Below are positions 10,458 through 21,886 of a stretch of DNA of 64,000 bases, piece after piece. The stretch is taken from IMG/VR virus record IMGVR_UViG_3300030055_000003, one strand, 5' to 3'. Position numbers and translations under genes: made by a program. This DNA is from a virus (lineage: Duplodnaviria > Caudoviricetes). Positions within the stretch are counted from its first letter, which is position 1. The number at the start of each line of letters is the position of its first letter. Below the pieces are notes generated by a model, which did not search any database, was not told the origin of the DNA, and saw only the letters and a list, made by a program, of their open reading frames with translations.

Positions 10458-13400
10458 TTATAATCTTATTGTCTTACATACATTTTTATATTTATCTAAA
10501 TTCGTATTTTTAATAGTCATTTGTTTAATGTCATCAAGCATTACATTACTTGCATCAGCAAATTGACTAAAGAAATCATTCTTTTCTAGTTCCTTATTCA
10601 CTTCTTCTGTAATTGTTTTAAATATTTTAGATTTATTACTTGAAAATCGTTTGTATACTTGCTTGCTATGTATTTTCTTACCTAAGTATGGAATCTTGTG
10701 ATACCATCTATCATTGATAGTAACCATGTCTCTTAATTCTTGTTCTTTATTTTTATCCATTTCAATCACCTTTCTTATTTAATTAAATATATTATTATCT
10801 TAGTGAAATAACTATATAAAGTCTCTTTTATGATAATAAGTTTCAATATAACTTTTTGATGCCATTTAAGTTTGCATCCTAGCCATGATTCTATGAAATT
10901 TATATCTGTAGTCATTTTATTAATCCTCCTTAACGAAACTAATATTTTCAATGTTTCCAGTTAATACAAATACATTACCTTCACACATTCCTACATCTAA
11001 ACACATTTTACCTTCAACTTCTTGACCTTCTATATCTGTTAATTGCATTGTCACAGGTGTATTTAAGAACTCTTCTAATTGTCCATGTTCTGCATGCCAT
11101 TTCTTATCTTCCTCCAATGTTTCCATTAAATCTTTAATTGTTGGATAGTCTCTAAATCCATTATCTTGTAAATATAATTTAACCTCAGTCACTTTATCTT
11201 TCTCTGCACCAATTACCTTTGCTTGTCTTACTTCCATTTTTAATACACTCTCCTTTATTTATTGTTTTTATGTTCTATTAATTTATTAACTCTTGGTAAA
11301 ATCAGCAATTTATTTGAATATTCGACCTCTGTAAGCTAGTAATAGCCACATTGTTAATTAATCAATTATCTTAATTTCAATATTTTTACCCTTTAATTCA
11401 TGAAATATGTCTTTAACATATAAATCTCCAACTATATAATCGTCTGCTCCATGTCCACCACAATAATCTTCAAATGAAACAGTACCTTTATATTCTTTTT
11501 GAATAGTTGGTATAAAATAATGTTGTTCTAATCGAATTATAAGTTCTTCTTTTGTTGGTATTTTCTCTTTACTTTCATATGGTACTTCTATCTTTTCAGA
11601 CATTGTATTATTAATTTTAGTATTTTCTATTTTAAATTCATATGTAATATCTCTTCCATAATAAGATTCCCAACATGCAGATATATCTATCTTTCTTATA
11701 TTTGATACACTATCATATTTTTTATCTAATTCATTTAATGCACAAGATAAGTTGAATTCAAAATCTTTTGCTAATGGTAGATGAGTTATTTCATGTTCCA
11801 CACAATCTTGCTTATAACTATAGTAATTTTCCTCATCAATTCTTTCTTCAAATACCTTTCCACAATATTCACATACGGCTTGTTTTTTCATAATTCATAT
11901 CTCCTCTATAATTTATTTAACTCTTTACATTATTTCCAATCCTTTAAGTGTTCGATATGTTTCATCATGTAACTTTTTTGCAATATATTTAATTCTTTCT
12001 TCATTTATGTATTTTGAATAATATTCTAGTTCTTTATCAATTTCTTCATTAGTCATCCTTTTTAATTTTTGTAAGGCTAAGGACATTACAAATAATTCTT
12101 CTGATGTCAGTTTAGTTTCTAACTCTACTGAAAATAAGTCTTTAATATTTACATTCACTATTTAATCCACTCCTTAATCATTTATATCTTTTCCCGTCAG
12201 GGAATAAACCACTTAAACTCTTTCGTTTACTTCCGAATAATCCACTAAGGCTCTCAGATTCAGTTTTAAATAATCCAGTAGATTCATAAACTTTTTCATA
12301 TTCTTCTTTTATCTTTTTGCTTTCAACTCCACAACTTGGACATCTTTTAAATATTTCATTAGTTATTAATCCACAATTGCATTTGTAAAATATCATTTAA
12401 TCACTCCTTTTATTCTCCTTTTAAATTCATCATTGCCACATATTTCATCAATAAAATATAAGCCTTTCTCCCAACCATTACCTAATCTACTCATAAACTT
12501 ATAAATCAAATAATGCCCTTTATCTATAATCTTAGATATTTTAATTTCATCTTCACACTCGAATCCACTAATTGTATGTTTGTAAATGAGAATATCTCCT
12601 ATATTTGCAAGTGGCATTTCTTTTCCAATAGATTCACACTCTCTAGCTTTCTTTTCATGTCTGTGTAGATTATGGCATATTCCACATTGATAACATTTTA
12701 CCTCTCTCATTCTTTCACCTTCTTTTTATATTTAGCACATTTAATACTATCTTCTTACATTTCCATATTCGTCATAACCTAATTCTTTAATTGTATTTTG
12801 TTTAGCATATTCTAATATTGTTAATGATTGTTCTTTATTTATTTCACCAATTTGTTTAATCCCTTGTTCTTCAAATTCATCATATATGTAAGTATCCATG
12901 TACTCATTGATGATTGATTTATTATATACGGGTATTACACTTCCAAAACTAAATTGCATTCCATCTGGAGTACAACTAGATTTTCTACAACTCCTATCTA
13001 TAACTAAGAAACCTATTCCTTCTATTTCAGCCTGAAATTCTCCACAATTACATCCATCACAATGCCATCCGTACTCAGTCGTTTCAAGTTCATTTGTCAC
13101 TCTCATCATTTGATAATAATTGAGCGTTACTATATTTTCATTATAATTTTCAACATACTCTTCTTCACTTGTTTCTATATATATATATTCTTTAATAATA
13201 TTTTTCTAGCAATTTTCAAACCTCGTAATTCATTTATTTCGATAGGAAGTCTTTTATTTAAATAATATTGTCTATCTTTTAATTTTAAATAATCTTTATA
13301 TAATAATTTACTAGTCTCTAAATCTTTAAATTCATTTTTAATATTATTAGATTCCTCTGTTAACTTATTAATATTTCTTTTCTTACCATTGTATATAACA

Positions 13401-14068
13401 TCTATTTCTTCTAAAGCTTTGTTTGTTTTGTCGCATCTTTTAATTTCCATTAATTTATTGCTTTCTTCAGATGCATTTTTATATAATTCTTGGAAATTGT
13501 CATTTGAGTTTATAAACTCTTCAAAATTTTTATAACTATCGCTTTTTTCACTATTGTCCCACATCGTACAACCATTTTTAAATTCATATATTTTATCTTT
13601 TGTAAAACGTCCATTACCAGTAGTATAATATTTTCTATCGGTTTTTATAGCCTTAGTCTTAAAATTTATTTTATTCATTATAATCACTCCTTTATTATTT
13701 TCTTAATTTATTAAAAACCCATTAAAACTATTCATTTATTTTGATGTCCGTATTATAAATCAAGAATAATTTTCTATTAAATATTTTTCGATTGATGGTA
13801 TTATAATATCTTTTGCTTTAAATTCTCCCATAAATTCTAATTCCATTGATTCTAAGTCAAAATTGAATTTTTTATTAACAAATACAATTTCTTCATCAAA
13901 TTCATCATATACAATTAGACATATCTGTTTATTTTCAATATCATAATTTACCTCGCATTCAACCTCATCTTCAAAGATATTATATGCTATTCCATTTACT
14001 GCTCTATTAATTGAATCTTTTATTCTTTCCCACATATTATTTCCTCCTTGATTACTATAATATACCAA
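10458..14068 (-). CDS. cluster of about 9 small hypothetical phage proteins (10458, 10920, 11358, 11925, 12178, 12393, 12747, 13175, 13760), several with CxxC zinc motifs
   Basis: ORF track; each has a GGAG-type RBS and they are tightly packed on the minus strand. Confidence 0.6.
10775..10915 (-). CDS. 46-aa ORF resembling the N-terminal Q-motif region of terminase large subunits
   Basis: Hand-translated MTTDINFIESWLGCKLKWHQKVLLKLII.. with GGAGG RBS at 10925-10929; below the ORF-track length cut-off. Confidence 0.5.
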   Translation of the reverse strand: MTTDINFIESWLGCKLKWHQKVILKLIIIKETLYSYFTKIIIYLIK

Positions 14069-14085
14069 CTAATTTATAAAGTCAA
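14057..14085 (-). promoter_or_regulatory. sigmaA-type promoter
   Basis: TTGACT, 17 bp, TATTAT, followed by AAGGAGG RBS and the ATG of MWERIK. Confidence 0.55.
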
Positions 14086-14100
14086 TATGTATCTATTAAT

Positions 14101-14679
14101 TTATTTAACTATATATCCACGTAGTTTTTTTACGCCATATGAATTAGCTCTTTTCTTCCATTGTTCTCTAGTTTCCCCATCCCATCTTTCAACATACATA
14201 TCTATATGATTAGATGAATTAAAATTACTTCCACCTTTATCTGAGACAATACGAGTTCCATAATCTTTTTCTAGAAATATTTTAGTTCCTAATGGCAATA
14301 TATTATTTGCAATAACACCTCGTTCTAAAGGTCTACCCTTGCAATCAACATTTCCATGGATACTATTTTCTTCTTCAAGACCTGTATAAAAAGTAACTAT
14401 AAACTCTTGCCACTCAATATTATCATCTTCTTTTACATTTTTCAATTCATTTGTCTTTTGTTCTTTAGATTCCTTTTTCTCAAGTTCTAACTTATCTTTT
14501 TCAAATTGTATTTCAAAACTTTTTAATTTAAAATCTTGTACCATTTCAACATCAATTTGCTTTTCAATTGATTGCTCCGCTAGGCTATGAAACGGTGCTT
14601 GTACATTTGTTGGATAAGTAAATAATAAACTTGTACTTAACAAACATACAATCCTCTTTCCTCTTAGCAATGTCATCAT
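14101..14679 (-). CDS. exported 3D-domain (peptidoglycan-active) protein
   Basis: Signal-peptide-like N-terminus; VTFYTG..GVIANNILPLGTKI..VSDKGG..HIDMY matches the 3D domain. Confidence 0.8.
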   Translation of the reverse strand: MMTLLRGKRIVCLLSTSLLFTYPTNVQAPFHSLAEQSIEKQIDVEMVQDFKLKSFEIQFEKDKLELEKKESKEQKTNELKNVKEDDNIEWQEFIVTFYTGLEEENSIHGNVDCKGRPLERGVIANNILPLGTKIFLEKDYGTRIVSDKGGSNFNSSNHIDMYVERWDGETREQWKKRANSYGVKKLRGYIVK

Positions 14680-14706
14680 TCCTTCCTATGTATATTGAAT
14701 TATATT

Positions 14707-15570
14707 TTACATATTTATTAAATTAGTAACTTTTTCTACGTTGTTTGCAATTTCTACAATATTAGTAGTTTGTTCTTGTATTCCAGCAGAAACTTCTTCC
14801 ATACCTGCTGATGTTTCAATCATACTAGTATTTATTTCTTCTATGTTAGAAATTCTAAATACACTACTTGCTTTTAACTTTGCACTATTTTCTTTTCCAG
14901 TTTCAGTTTTAATTAGTATAACACTAGTCATATTTTGGAGTTCTTTTATATTCTTACTTATCATTATGCTAAATCCTTTAGATTCTTCTGATAATTTTTT
15001 GATTTCATTTGCAACTACTGTGAACCCACGACCATATTCTCCTGCCCTTGCTGATTCAATACTAGCGTTTAATGATAATAAATTAGTTTGGTCTGCAATC
15101 CCTTTAATTGCTTCTGCTATTTTTGAAATATCTTTCATTTTAATATCTAACTCATTTGTGGAATTGTAAATATCTTCAATATCATTATTAAACGTATCCA
15201 TAATTCCACCATTGTTTTTAGCACCTTCATATGCCATGTCAACCCTTTCAGCTATACTAAATATAGTTGCATTGATTTCTTCTACTGTTGCGGTTAATTC
15301 CTCTGATATAGAAGCTTGTGATGAAACTGAAGTGTTAATATTATTAATGTCTTTTGACAATGTTAGTTTTGTATCATTTACTTCTTCTTTGATTTTATTT
15401 AATAGGTTGTCTTTTTCAATTAATTCTGTATGTAGTTCATCATTTTGTGCCTCTAGTTCTTTGATTTTATTATCACTTTCAATTCTTAAAGATTCTAGTT
15501 TATCATTCATTTCCTTTTCTAAAGATTTTCTTAGTTTATTTAACTCTTTTTCATTTTTAAATATTTTCAT
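14707..15570 (-). CDS. soluble methyl-accepting chemotaxis protein (signalling domain only)
   Basis: [40 protein letters not shown] hairpin tip; methylation-site-like SEELTAT and MEEVSAG; no TM or sensor domain. Confidence 0.93.
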   Translation of the reverse strand: MKIFKNEKELNKLRKSLEKEMNDKLESLRIESDNKIKELEAQNDELHTELIEKDNLLNKIKEEVNDTKLTLSKDINNINTSVSSQASISEELTATVEEINATIFSIAERVDMAYEGAKNNGGIMDTFNNDIEDIYNSTNELDIKMKDISKIAEAIKGIADQTNLLSLNASIESARAGEYGRGFTVVANEIKKLSEESKGFSIMISKNIKELQNMTSVILIKTETGKENSAKLKASSVFRISNIEEINTSMIETSAGMEEVSAGIQEQTTNIVEIANNVEKVTNLINM

Positions 15571-15659
15571 GTTGATACACTCCTTCTTATTTTAAATTTT
15601 ATTCTTTCTGTTTTTAATAGCTTATATATTGTATCATCTTTCATTATTAGTTTCTCCTT

Positions 15660-16938
15660 TTATATTTTAATTTCTGTTACTTCATCTTTAATTTCTATTT
15701 CTTTATCCTTATTAAAATCGTAATGTGTTGTGCTATTCATTGTAATTTTACTTTGAAAATAGAATTTTTCATTACAATTATCTGTTAAACATCTAGCTAC
15801 AAATTCTACATATTTTTGACTTTCTATTTCTACTAACTTGTAATCATTAGTTAATTGATAGTTGCATTGTTCACATCTTGGACAGTAGATTTTGTTTTCT
15901 TTTAGAATTGCTTTAAACATTTTGTTTTGCTTCCTTCTTTCTTAACTACATAATAATGTAACTGTAAGTTGCTTACCTTGATTATTTCTATAATAGTAAT
16001 AGGTATTTAAATAATCTATTTCTACATTGTATTCTTCAAATCCTAAGTCTTGTAATTCTTTAAATTTTAAGTTCATTTCTTTTATACTTTCTTCTTCCCA
16101 ATCACGGTATATGTAATCACCTTTATTTTGATCTATGAAAATATTCATTTATTAATTTATCTCCTTTATTCTTTATTTTTTAAACTATAGTGGGTTGTTC
16201 ATTTATTGTAAACATAACATCAGATAACATATCATGTTTTGCTAACTTTTCATCATCTGATATTGCTTGATACAACACCATGTCATAATATTTTCTTAAT
16301 TCATCTTTAAGTTTATCTGCATCTATTAATCTCATTCTATATTTTTCTCCTTTTTATATATTATTTAATTTATTTAACTAGTTAAAATTCGACATTTAAC
16401 TAGATTTGTTCAGATTCAATTAATGTCTTACATATCTTTCTTATTTCCAATTCTAAACCTTTTTCATTATTTATCTTTTCATAAAATTGTTCTTTATTAA
16501 TTTTTAATTCTTCCAACAGAATATTTTCAAATATTATATGTATATCATTTGTTTTAGTATCCAAGTACACTTCAAATAGTTTAACTTTATTTTCTTGTAA
16601 CATCTTTTATTTCTCCTTTAATTATATTAATTTATTTACTTTTTTATGTATCCACAGTCACAACCATATTTATACATGGTTTCATATACTTCTCTTCCTT
16701 GCATCTCTCCTCTTGGCTCGTCCCATTTATCAAGAAGAATTAAGCTTTCGCCACAGCTAGGACATCTATCAGTTCTGTCAGCTAGTGAGTTCTTATCTTC
16801 TTCTAATTTATCGGCTAGTTCTTTAGGATTTTTACGAATATCTGAAACTAATATATTCAAATCTTGTATTGTTTCACTTACTTCATGATTATTCCTATTT
16901 ATCATTTGTATTAATTCATATGTATCTGTATTTATCAA
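15660..16938 (-). CDS. small hypothetical proteins (15660 zinc ribbon, 15942, 16180-16335 MRLIDAD family, 16400, 16636 zinc ribbon)
   Basis: ORF track plus a hand-translated 51-aa MRLIDADKLK.. ORF; CPRCEQC and CPSCG..CDCG motifs. Confidence 0.6.
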
Positions 16939-16973
16939 TTTCTTATCACCTCTTTCCTTTATTGGTTAATCTT

Positions 16974-17002
16974 AGTTTACTACTTACAAAGTTATTTGTC
17001 AA
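16974..17002 (-). promoter_or_regulatory. sigmaA-type promoter
   Basis: TTGACA (17002-16997), 17 bp, TAAACT. Confidence 0.6.
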
Positions 17003-17071
17003 CTTAATTCTATTAATTTATTTAAGTTTATATAATTTAAGCTAACAAGATTTTGTTTCCTGTTAGCTTTA

Positions 17072-17100
17072 ATATTAGCATTATTGGATTGTTATGTCAA
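17072..17100 (-). promoter_or_regulatory. sigmaA-type promoter
   Basis: TTGACA (17100-17095), 17 bp, TAATAT; inverted repeat 17039-17069 immediately downstream. Confidence 0.6.
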
Positions 17101-17124
17101 TAGTTTGTTTATAGTTTTGTTAAT

Positions 17125-19194
17125 TTATTGTTTAATTGATAGAACTTTTGCTGAGGTTACTTTCCAGTTCTCCTTTTTTGATTTAAAAACTGTAACCCCT
17201 TGGGTTGAACGTGATGATTTTGCATTTACATTAGATGTATTAATGACTTTCACTTTGTTAAATGAATCAGTTAATTCTATTTCTACATCATCTGTTATTT
17301 GAACAATCAATAAAGGTAATCCATTCTCACTACTAGTCAAACAATTGGACAACTTAGTTCTATTGGTTTTCGTCTCATAACTTGAAAGATTAACCTTAGC
17401 TATTTTACCTGAATCATAGACTATAACTACATAGCCTTTATAATTATTTGTACATAACATTCCTATAATTGATTCATCATTAGATAGTCCTAACATAGTA
17501 GGAAGATATATGCCTAATTGTGATGGCTTAGATTCAGATATATCTGATAAGTTTAACATATAAGCATCACCTTTATTTGATATAAATATTACCTTACCTT
17601 TATTTGAGCATTGAATGGTACTAATGACTTCATCGTTTTCTTTTAATTTTTGATTATCTGCATCTGCAAATCTTCTTGTTTTCTTATAATACATACTATT
17701 TGTTAAAATATTTGTAGTTGTAAAATCTTCAATTAAATCCCTATTATCTATTTTAATGACTTTATCTTCATATAGGATATCTGTTTTTCTAGTTTGATTA
17801 TACTTCTTTTTAACTTCGTCAAGTTGTTCAATGATAATGTTATTTATATTTTCTTCTAAAGATAAGGTACTAGATATATTTTCTATTTCTTTAGATATAT
17901 TATCAACATCTTTTATTCTATTATTTATATAACCTTTATTAATATTTAATAATTTAATAGATACAACATATTCTGCTTGTTCTTTATCTAAATTAAATTC
18001 ATGCATAACATTATTAGTTGCGTCATCATCATTTTTTGAATTTCTTATCACCTCTAAAACTCTATCTAAATCTACCAATATTGATTTCAAGCCAGTCAAT
18101 TTATGTAATCTATCATTTAATTTATCATAATCAAATTGTAATTCGTTTTTAATACATACTTGTCTATGATAAATCCATTTATTAAAAATATCTTGTAATG
18201 ATACTAATACTGGAGTTTTTCCATCTAAGTCAAGTATTGTAAAATTACAAGCAAACTTACTTTCATAGGATGTAAATTTTCTTAATTTTTGAATTACTGT
18301 CTCAATATCTGCATTCTTTTTTAAATATAATTCTAGTTTTAGACCATCTTTATCTGAACCATTGTGATAATCAGTTAATTCTTTAGAGAATTTGTCTATG
18401 TTATTTTCTAGTTCATCTTCTATATTTTCAATATAAGTAGTATAAGGAATTTCATAAATTGTAATTGTATTAGTATCTTTGTCATATTTATATTTTCCAA
18501 GTATAGTAAATGACCCATTTCCAGTTGTATAAATTTTATCAAATATGTTTTTGTCATAAATAATTTGACCACCACTAGGTAAATCAGGGACTTTTATTAA
18601 CTCAATTGATTTATTTATATCTTTTGTTTTTATATATGATGTTATACTACTACAAACATCTTCCATATTATGAGAAGGCATTCTATTTGCTTCTGCAACT
18701 GCAATACTTATTCTCAAATTGGTTAGTATATTAGGTATTTTAGATGGTAGGAATACGGGTTCTTTTTCAGTGGCATCATAATTCCATTTCATTGGAACTG
18801 CATTTTTATTTATCCCTTCCAACATGTTTTCAGCATATGTATCTAGCTTGCATTCTATATATCTAGGAGCTGAACCTTTACCATCTCTAGAATTCTTATT
18901 TCCATAACTTCCTTTAGGGACTAAATATTTGTTTAATGAATAATTATTTCCTAGATTCTTCATAACTCCATAAAGCGGAGCATCTCCTAATGTATAATAA
19001 TTAAATATAGCACCACCAGCTTTTAACATTTTATAAAATTGTTTATCGCTTGTCATTCCTGCTTTTTTCATCCCCCAAATAACTTGTCTCTGAGAAACTA
19101 ATAATCCATCTATTGATGGCAAATTATTAATTATTACAGGTGCAGTAAAATCTAACATTTCGGTTTGTAAAACTTCTACTATTCCTTTTTTCAT
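17125..19194 (-). CDS. gyrA: type IIA topoisomerase subunit A (GyrA/ParC-like)
   Basis: LPSIDGL..QRQ, GSYG, SAPRYIECKL (catalytic Tyr), PVFLPSKIPNILTN, MPSHN, DLPSGG, IYEIPY; shortened beta-pinwheel CTD with no GyrA-box seen. Confidence 0.92.
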   Translation of the reverse strand: MKKGIVEVLQTEMLDFTAPVIINNLPSIDGLLVSQRQVIWGMKKAGMTSDKQFYKMLKAGGAIFNYYTLGDAPLYGVMKNLGNNYSLNKYLVPKGSYGNKNSRDGKGSAPRYIECKLDTYAENMLEGINKNAVPMKWNYDATEKEPVFLPSKIPNILTNLRISIAVAEANRMPSHNMEDVCSSITSYIKTKDINKSIELIKVPDLPSGGQIIYDKNIFDKIYTTGNGSFTILGKYKYDKDTNTITIYEIPYTTYIENIEDELENNIDKFSKELTDYHNGSDKDGLKLELYLKKNADIETVIQKLRKFTSYESKFACNFTILDLDGKTPVLVSLQDIFNKWIYHRQVCIKNELQFDYDKLNDRLHKLTGLKSILVDLDRVLEVIRNSKNDDDATNNVMHEFNLDKEQAEYVVSIKLLNINKGYINNRIKDVDNISKEIENISSTLSLEENINNIIIEQLDEVKKKYNQTRKTDILYEDKVIKIDNRDLIEDFTTTNILTNSMYYKKTRRFADADNQKLKENDEVISTIQCSNKGKVIFISNKGDAYMLNLSDISESKPSQLGIYLPTMLGLSNDESIIGMLCTNNYKGYVVIVYDSGKIAKVNLSSYETKTNRTKLSNCLTSSENGLPLLIVQITDDVEIELTDSFNKVKVINTSNVNAKSSRSTQGVTVFKSKKENWKVTSAKVLSIKQ

Positions 19195-19207
19195 TTTATA
19201 ATTCCTC

Positions 19208-21208
19208 CTAATTAATTTCTTCTAAGTTTACATTTGTTATAAATTCTTTAACGAATTCCTTTCTTGGCTGAGTATTCTCTCCCATATAATCTTCAAAATA
19301 CTTAGCTACAATTTCATCAAAATTATCATATGTAACTTGAATAAATGTCTTCTCTCTAACTTCTGGACACAATACCTTTTCCCAAAAATCATCGGCATTT
19401 ATTTCTCCGATTCCTTTCACTATTCCTATATTGTATATATCATTAGTGTCTATTGTCTTCATTAATTCTTCTTTTTCTCTGTCATTATATGCATATATCA
19501 TTTCTCCACTTTTCATTTTAATTTCATATCTTGGAGAAATTATTATATAAACTCTATCTTCTTTTAATAAAGTTGGTAAATATTTATATATAAAAGTTAA
19601 TAAGGCAAGACGAATTCCTGACCCCCAGCAATCAGCATCTGTAAGTATTCCTATATTTCCATATCTTAAATTGTTCTTATCAAATGTTTTTATATCTTTG
19701 AATGCTTTCCTTTCTTCATATGGAATTTCTATACCACAACCTAATGCAGATATTAAAGTAAACGCAGGAACATTATTTAAAACTCTATCTACAGTGGTTT
19801 TTAAACAGGAAATAAATCTTCCTTTCAAACCAACAGCTCCCATCGTATTATTATCATAACTATCAACTACTGTAGATTTAGCAGAAAGCCCTTCCACAAC
19901 TAATAAAAATCTTTCATCTAATGCACTTTTCTTCATATTGCAATCTGTCAAACCCTCTATTTTAACTCTTCCGCTTTTATTTGCTTCTTCAAGTTTCTTT
20001 TTTATGTTCTTTTTAGCAACTTCTCCATGTTCTCGTACTCTTTTATTAATTAATATTTGATTGCTTATAAGTGAACCAATTAATGGATTCTCAGTAAAAA
20101 AGATATATAATTTCTCTCTTAAAAAATCAGTTACATGAGATTGCATAAATTTAGATTTAATCTTTTTCTTAGCTTGATCTGTATATAATGAAATAGTTGA
20201 ATATGTATCACTAATTATTACTAAACTGTCTTGAATATCGTCAAATGTCACTTTCTTTTCTTTGTTTTTATATAAATTTTTTTCAGTTATGTATTTGTCA
20301 ATAGCATAAGTAAATCCATTTTTAATAAAGTCTTGGGGCGTTCCCCCATTTTCAAGAAAGGAAGAATTGTGATAGTACTGAATTAAATTAATATCATTAT
20401 TAAAGGCAAAAGTGATATTAGACTTAATGACGAATATCTCATCATCTTTATTTTCTCGACCTTCTCCTTCAGTTGTCCATTTAATTATATCTGTTAAAGA
20501 TGATTGTTTAGTATCTAATTCTTTAATATAATCAATAGTTCCATTTTCATAATAAAAAACTAATTCTTCATCTGTATTTTCATCTTTATAAGTAAATTTC
20601 AAGTCATCATTTATAATTGCTTGTTGTTGCAATATATCAATTATAAATTCTTTTGTTATATCATTATCGCCTTTAAATACTTCTTTAGATGGTATCCAAT
20701 GTATGATAGTTCCAGTAGAATCAAAATTATGAGTAGTTTCTTCAAACTCACCAACTTGAATTCCTTTTTCATACCTTACATGATATTTTATATTGTTAGG
20801 TGCAAATGCAGTAGCCTCTAAAAAATCAGCAGTCGCCGAGCTACCAAAATTTCCCATTCCATTTGTGCCACATGACCATTTATAATTACCATTTTTAGTT
20901 TTTGAATTGTTTTCATATTTTCCACCAGACCACATTTCTTCAAATATCTTTTTATAAGCATATTCCCCTTGTGAATTTTTAGCCATTGGTAACGAACGTC
21001 CAAAATCTTGAATAGAAATAGAATTATCTTTATATTTTGTTACTATGATTTGTTTTCCATATCCTTCTCTATATTCATCAATAGCATTCATTAGTATTTC
21101 TATGAATGTATGTGAATGAGATTCAAGTCCTATTGACGCAGGTTTTGCACGTACTCCACCTAAAATACCTAATGATTGTATTGAGTCTGTATTATATGTG
21201 TTGCTCAT
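19208..21208 (-). CDS. gyrB: type IIA topoisomerase subunit B (GyrB/ParE-like)
   Basis: GHKL EILMNAIDE, DFGR, SGGKY, GT; Toprim VEGLSA, GLKGR, TDAD; KGIGEIN. Confidence 0.92.
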   Translation of the reverse strand: MSNTYNTDSIQSLGILGGVRAKPASIGLESHSHTFIEILMNAIDEYREGYGKQIIVTKYKDNSISIQDFGRSLPMAKNSQGEYAYKKIFEEMWSGGKYENNSKTKNGNYKWSCGTNGMGNFGSSATADFLEATAFAPNNIKYHVRYEKGIQVGEFEETTHNFDSTGTIIHWIPSKEVFKGDNDITKEFIIDILQQQAIINDDLKFTYKDENTDEELVFYYENGTIDYIKELDTKQSSLTDIIKWTTEGEGRENKDDEIFVIKSNITFAFNNDINLIQYYHNSSFLENGGTPQDFIKNGFTYAIDKYITEKNLYKNKEKKVTFDDIQDSLVIISDTYSTISLYTDQAKKKIKSKFMQSHVTDFLREKLYIFFTENPLIGSLISNQILINKRVREHGEVAKKNIKKKLEEANKSGRVKIEGLTDCNMKKSALDERFLLVVEGLSAKSTVVDSYDNNTMGAVGLKGRFISCLKTTVDRVLNNVPAFTLISALGCGIEIPYEERKAFKDIKTFDKNNLRYGNIGILTDADCWGSGIRLALLTFIYKYLPTLLKEDRVYIIISPRYEIKMKSGEMIYAYNDREKEELMKTIDTNDIYNIGIVKGIGEINADDFWEKVLCPEVREKTFIQVTYDNFDEIVAKYFEDYMGENTQPRKEFVKEFITNVNLEEIN

Positions 21209-21286
21209 TATGATATTACCTCCTGTAAGTTTAAATTTTTAAATTGTTCTTTTACCTCTCTTTTAATTATATTAATTTATTTAAAT

Positions 21287-21823
21287 CTAATATGTAAGTT
21301 TGTAAATATCATAGTCAATATCAGTAAGACTCTCATATTCCAATAGTTTTACATCTTCATCATATTCTTCTTTTAATTTAGTCAGTAAGATATCTCTGAT
21401 AGTCTCATCTCTTTCAAAATCATCAACTATATCAATATCTTCCTCAATAGTCATAACTGTATCTGTATGTATTTCATGACCATCTCTATAAAGTTCTATT
21501 AAACATTTGTAATCTATCATCTATACTTCCTCACTTTCTAAATCAATTTTAAATTCAAATTTATATGGTAAGTCTGAATTATTAAATGTTAAAAAATCAT
21601 TAAAGTTAGCAACAAACTTCTCTATTCTATCATCTATTCCAACTTCTTCAACCATTAAATCTTGAAAGCAAGTAGTATTACCTTTTTCATTAGTGATATA
21701 ATACCAAACGTCATATGCACAGTAATCACCACTAATTTCAACTTTATTTACTTCATATTCTTTTTGAGTCTCAAACCCATTTTCTATATCTTGTTCAAAC
21801 AAGCCATTTAATTTAATCTTCAT
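21287..21823 (-). CDS. two small acidic hypothetical proteins
   Basis: ORF track; adjacent ORFs, probably translationally coupled. Confidence 0.55.
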
Positions 21824-21886
21824 TTCAATATCTCCTTACATCTATTAATTTATTAATACCCTTTAAAATTTCTCTTTTAAGACCAT

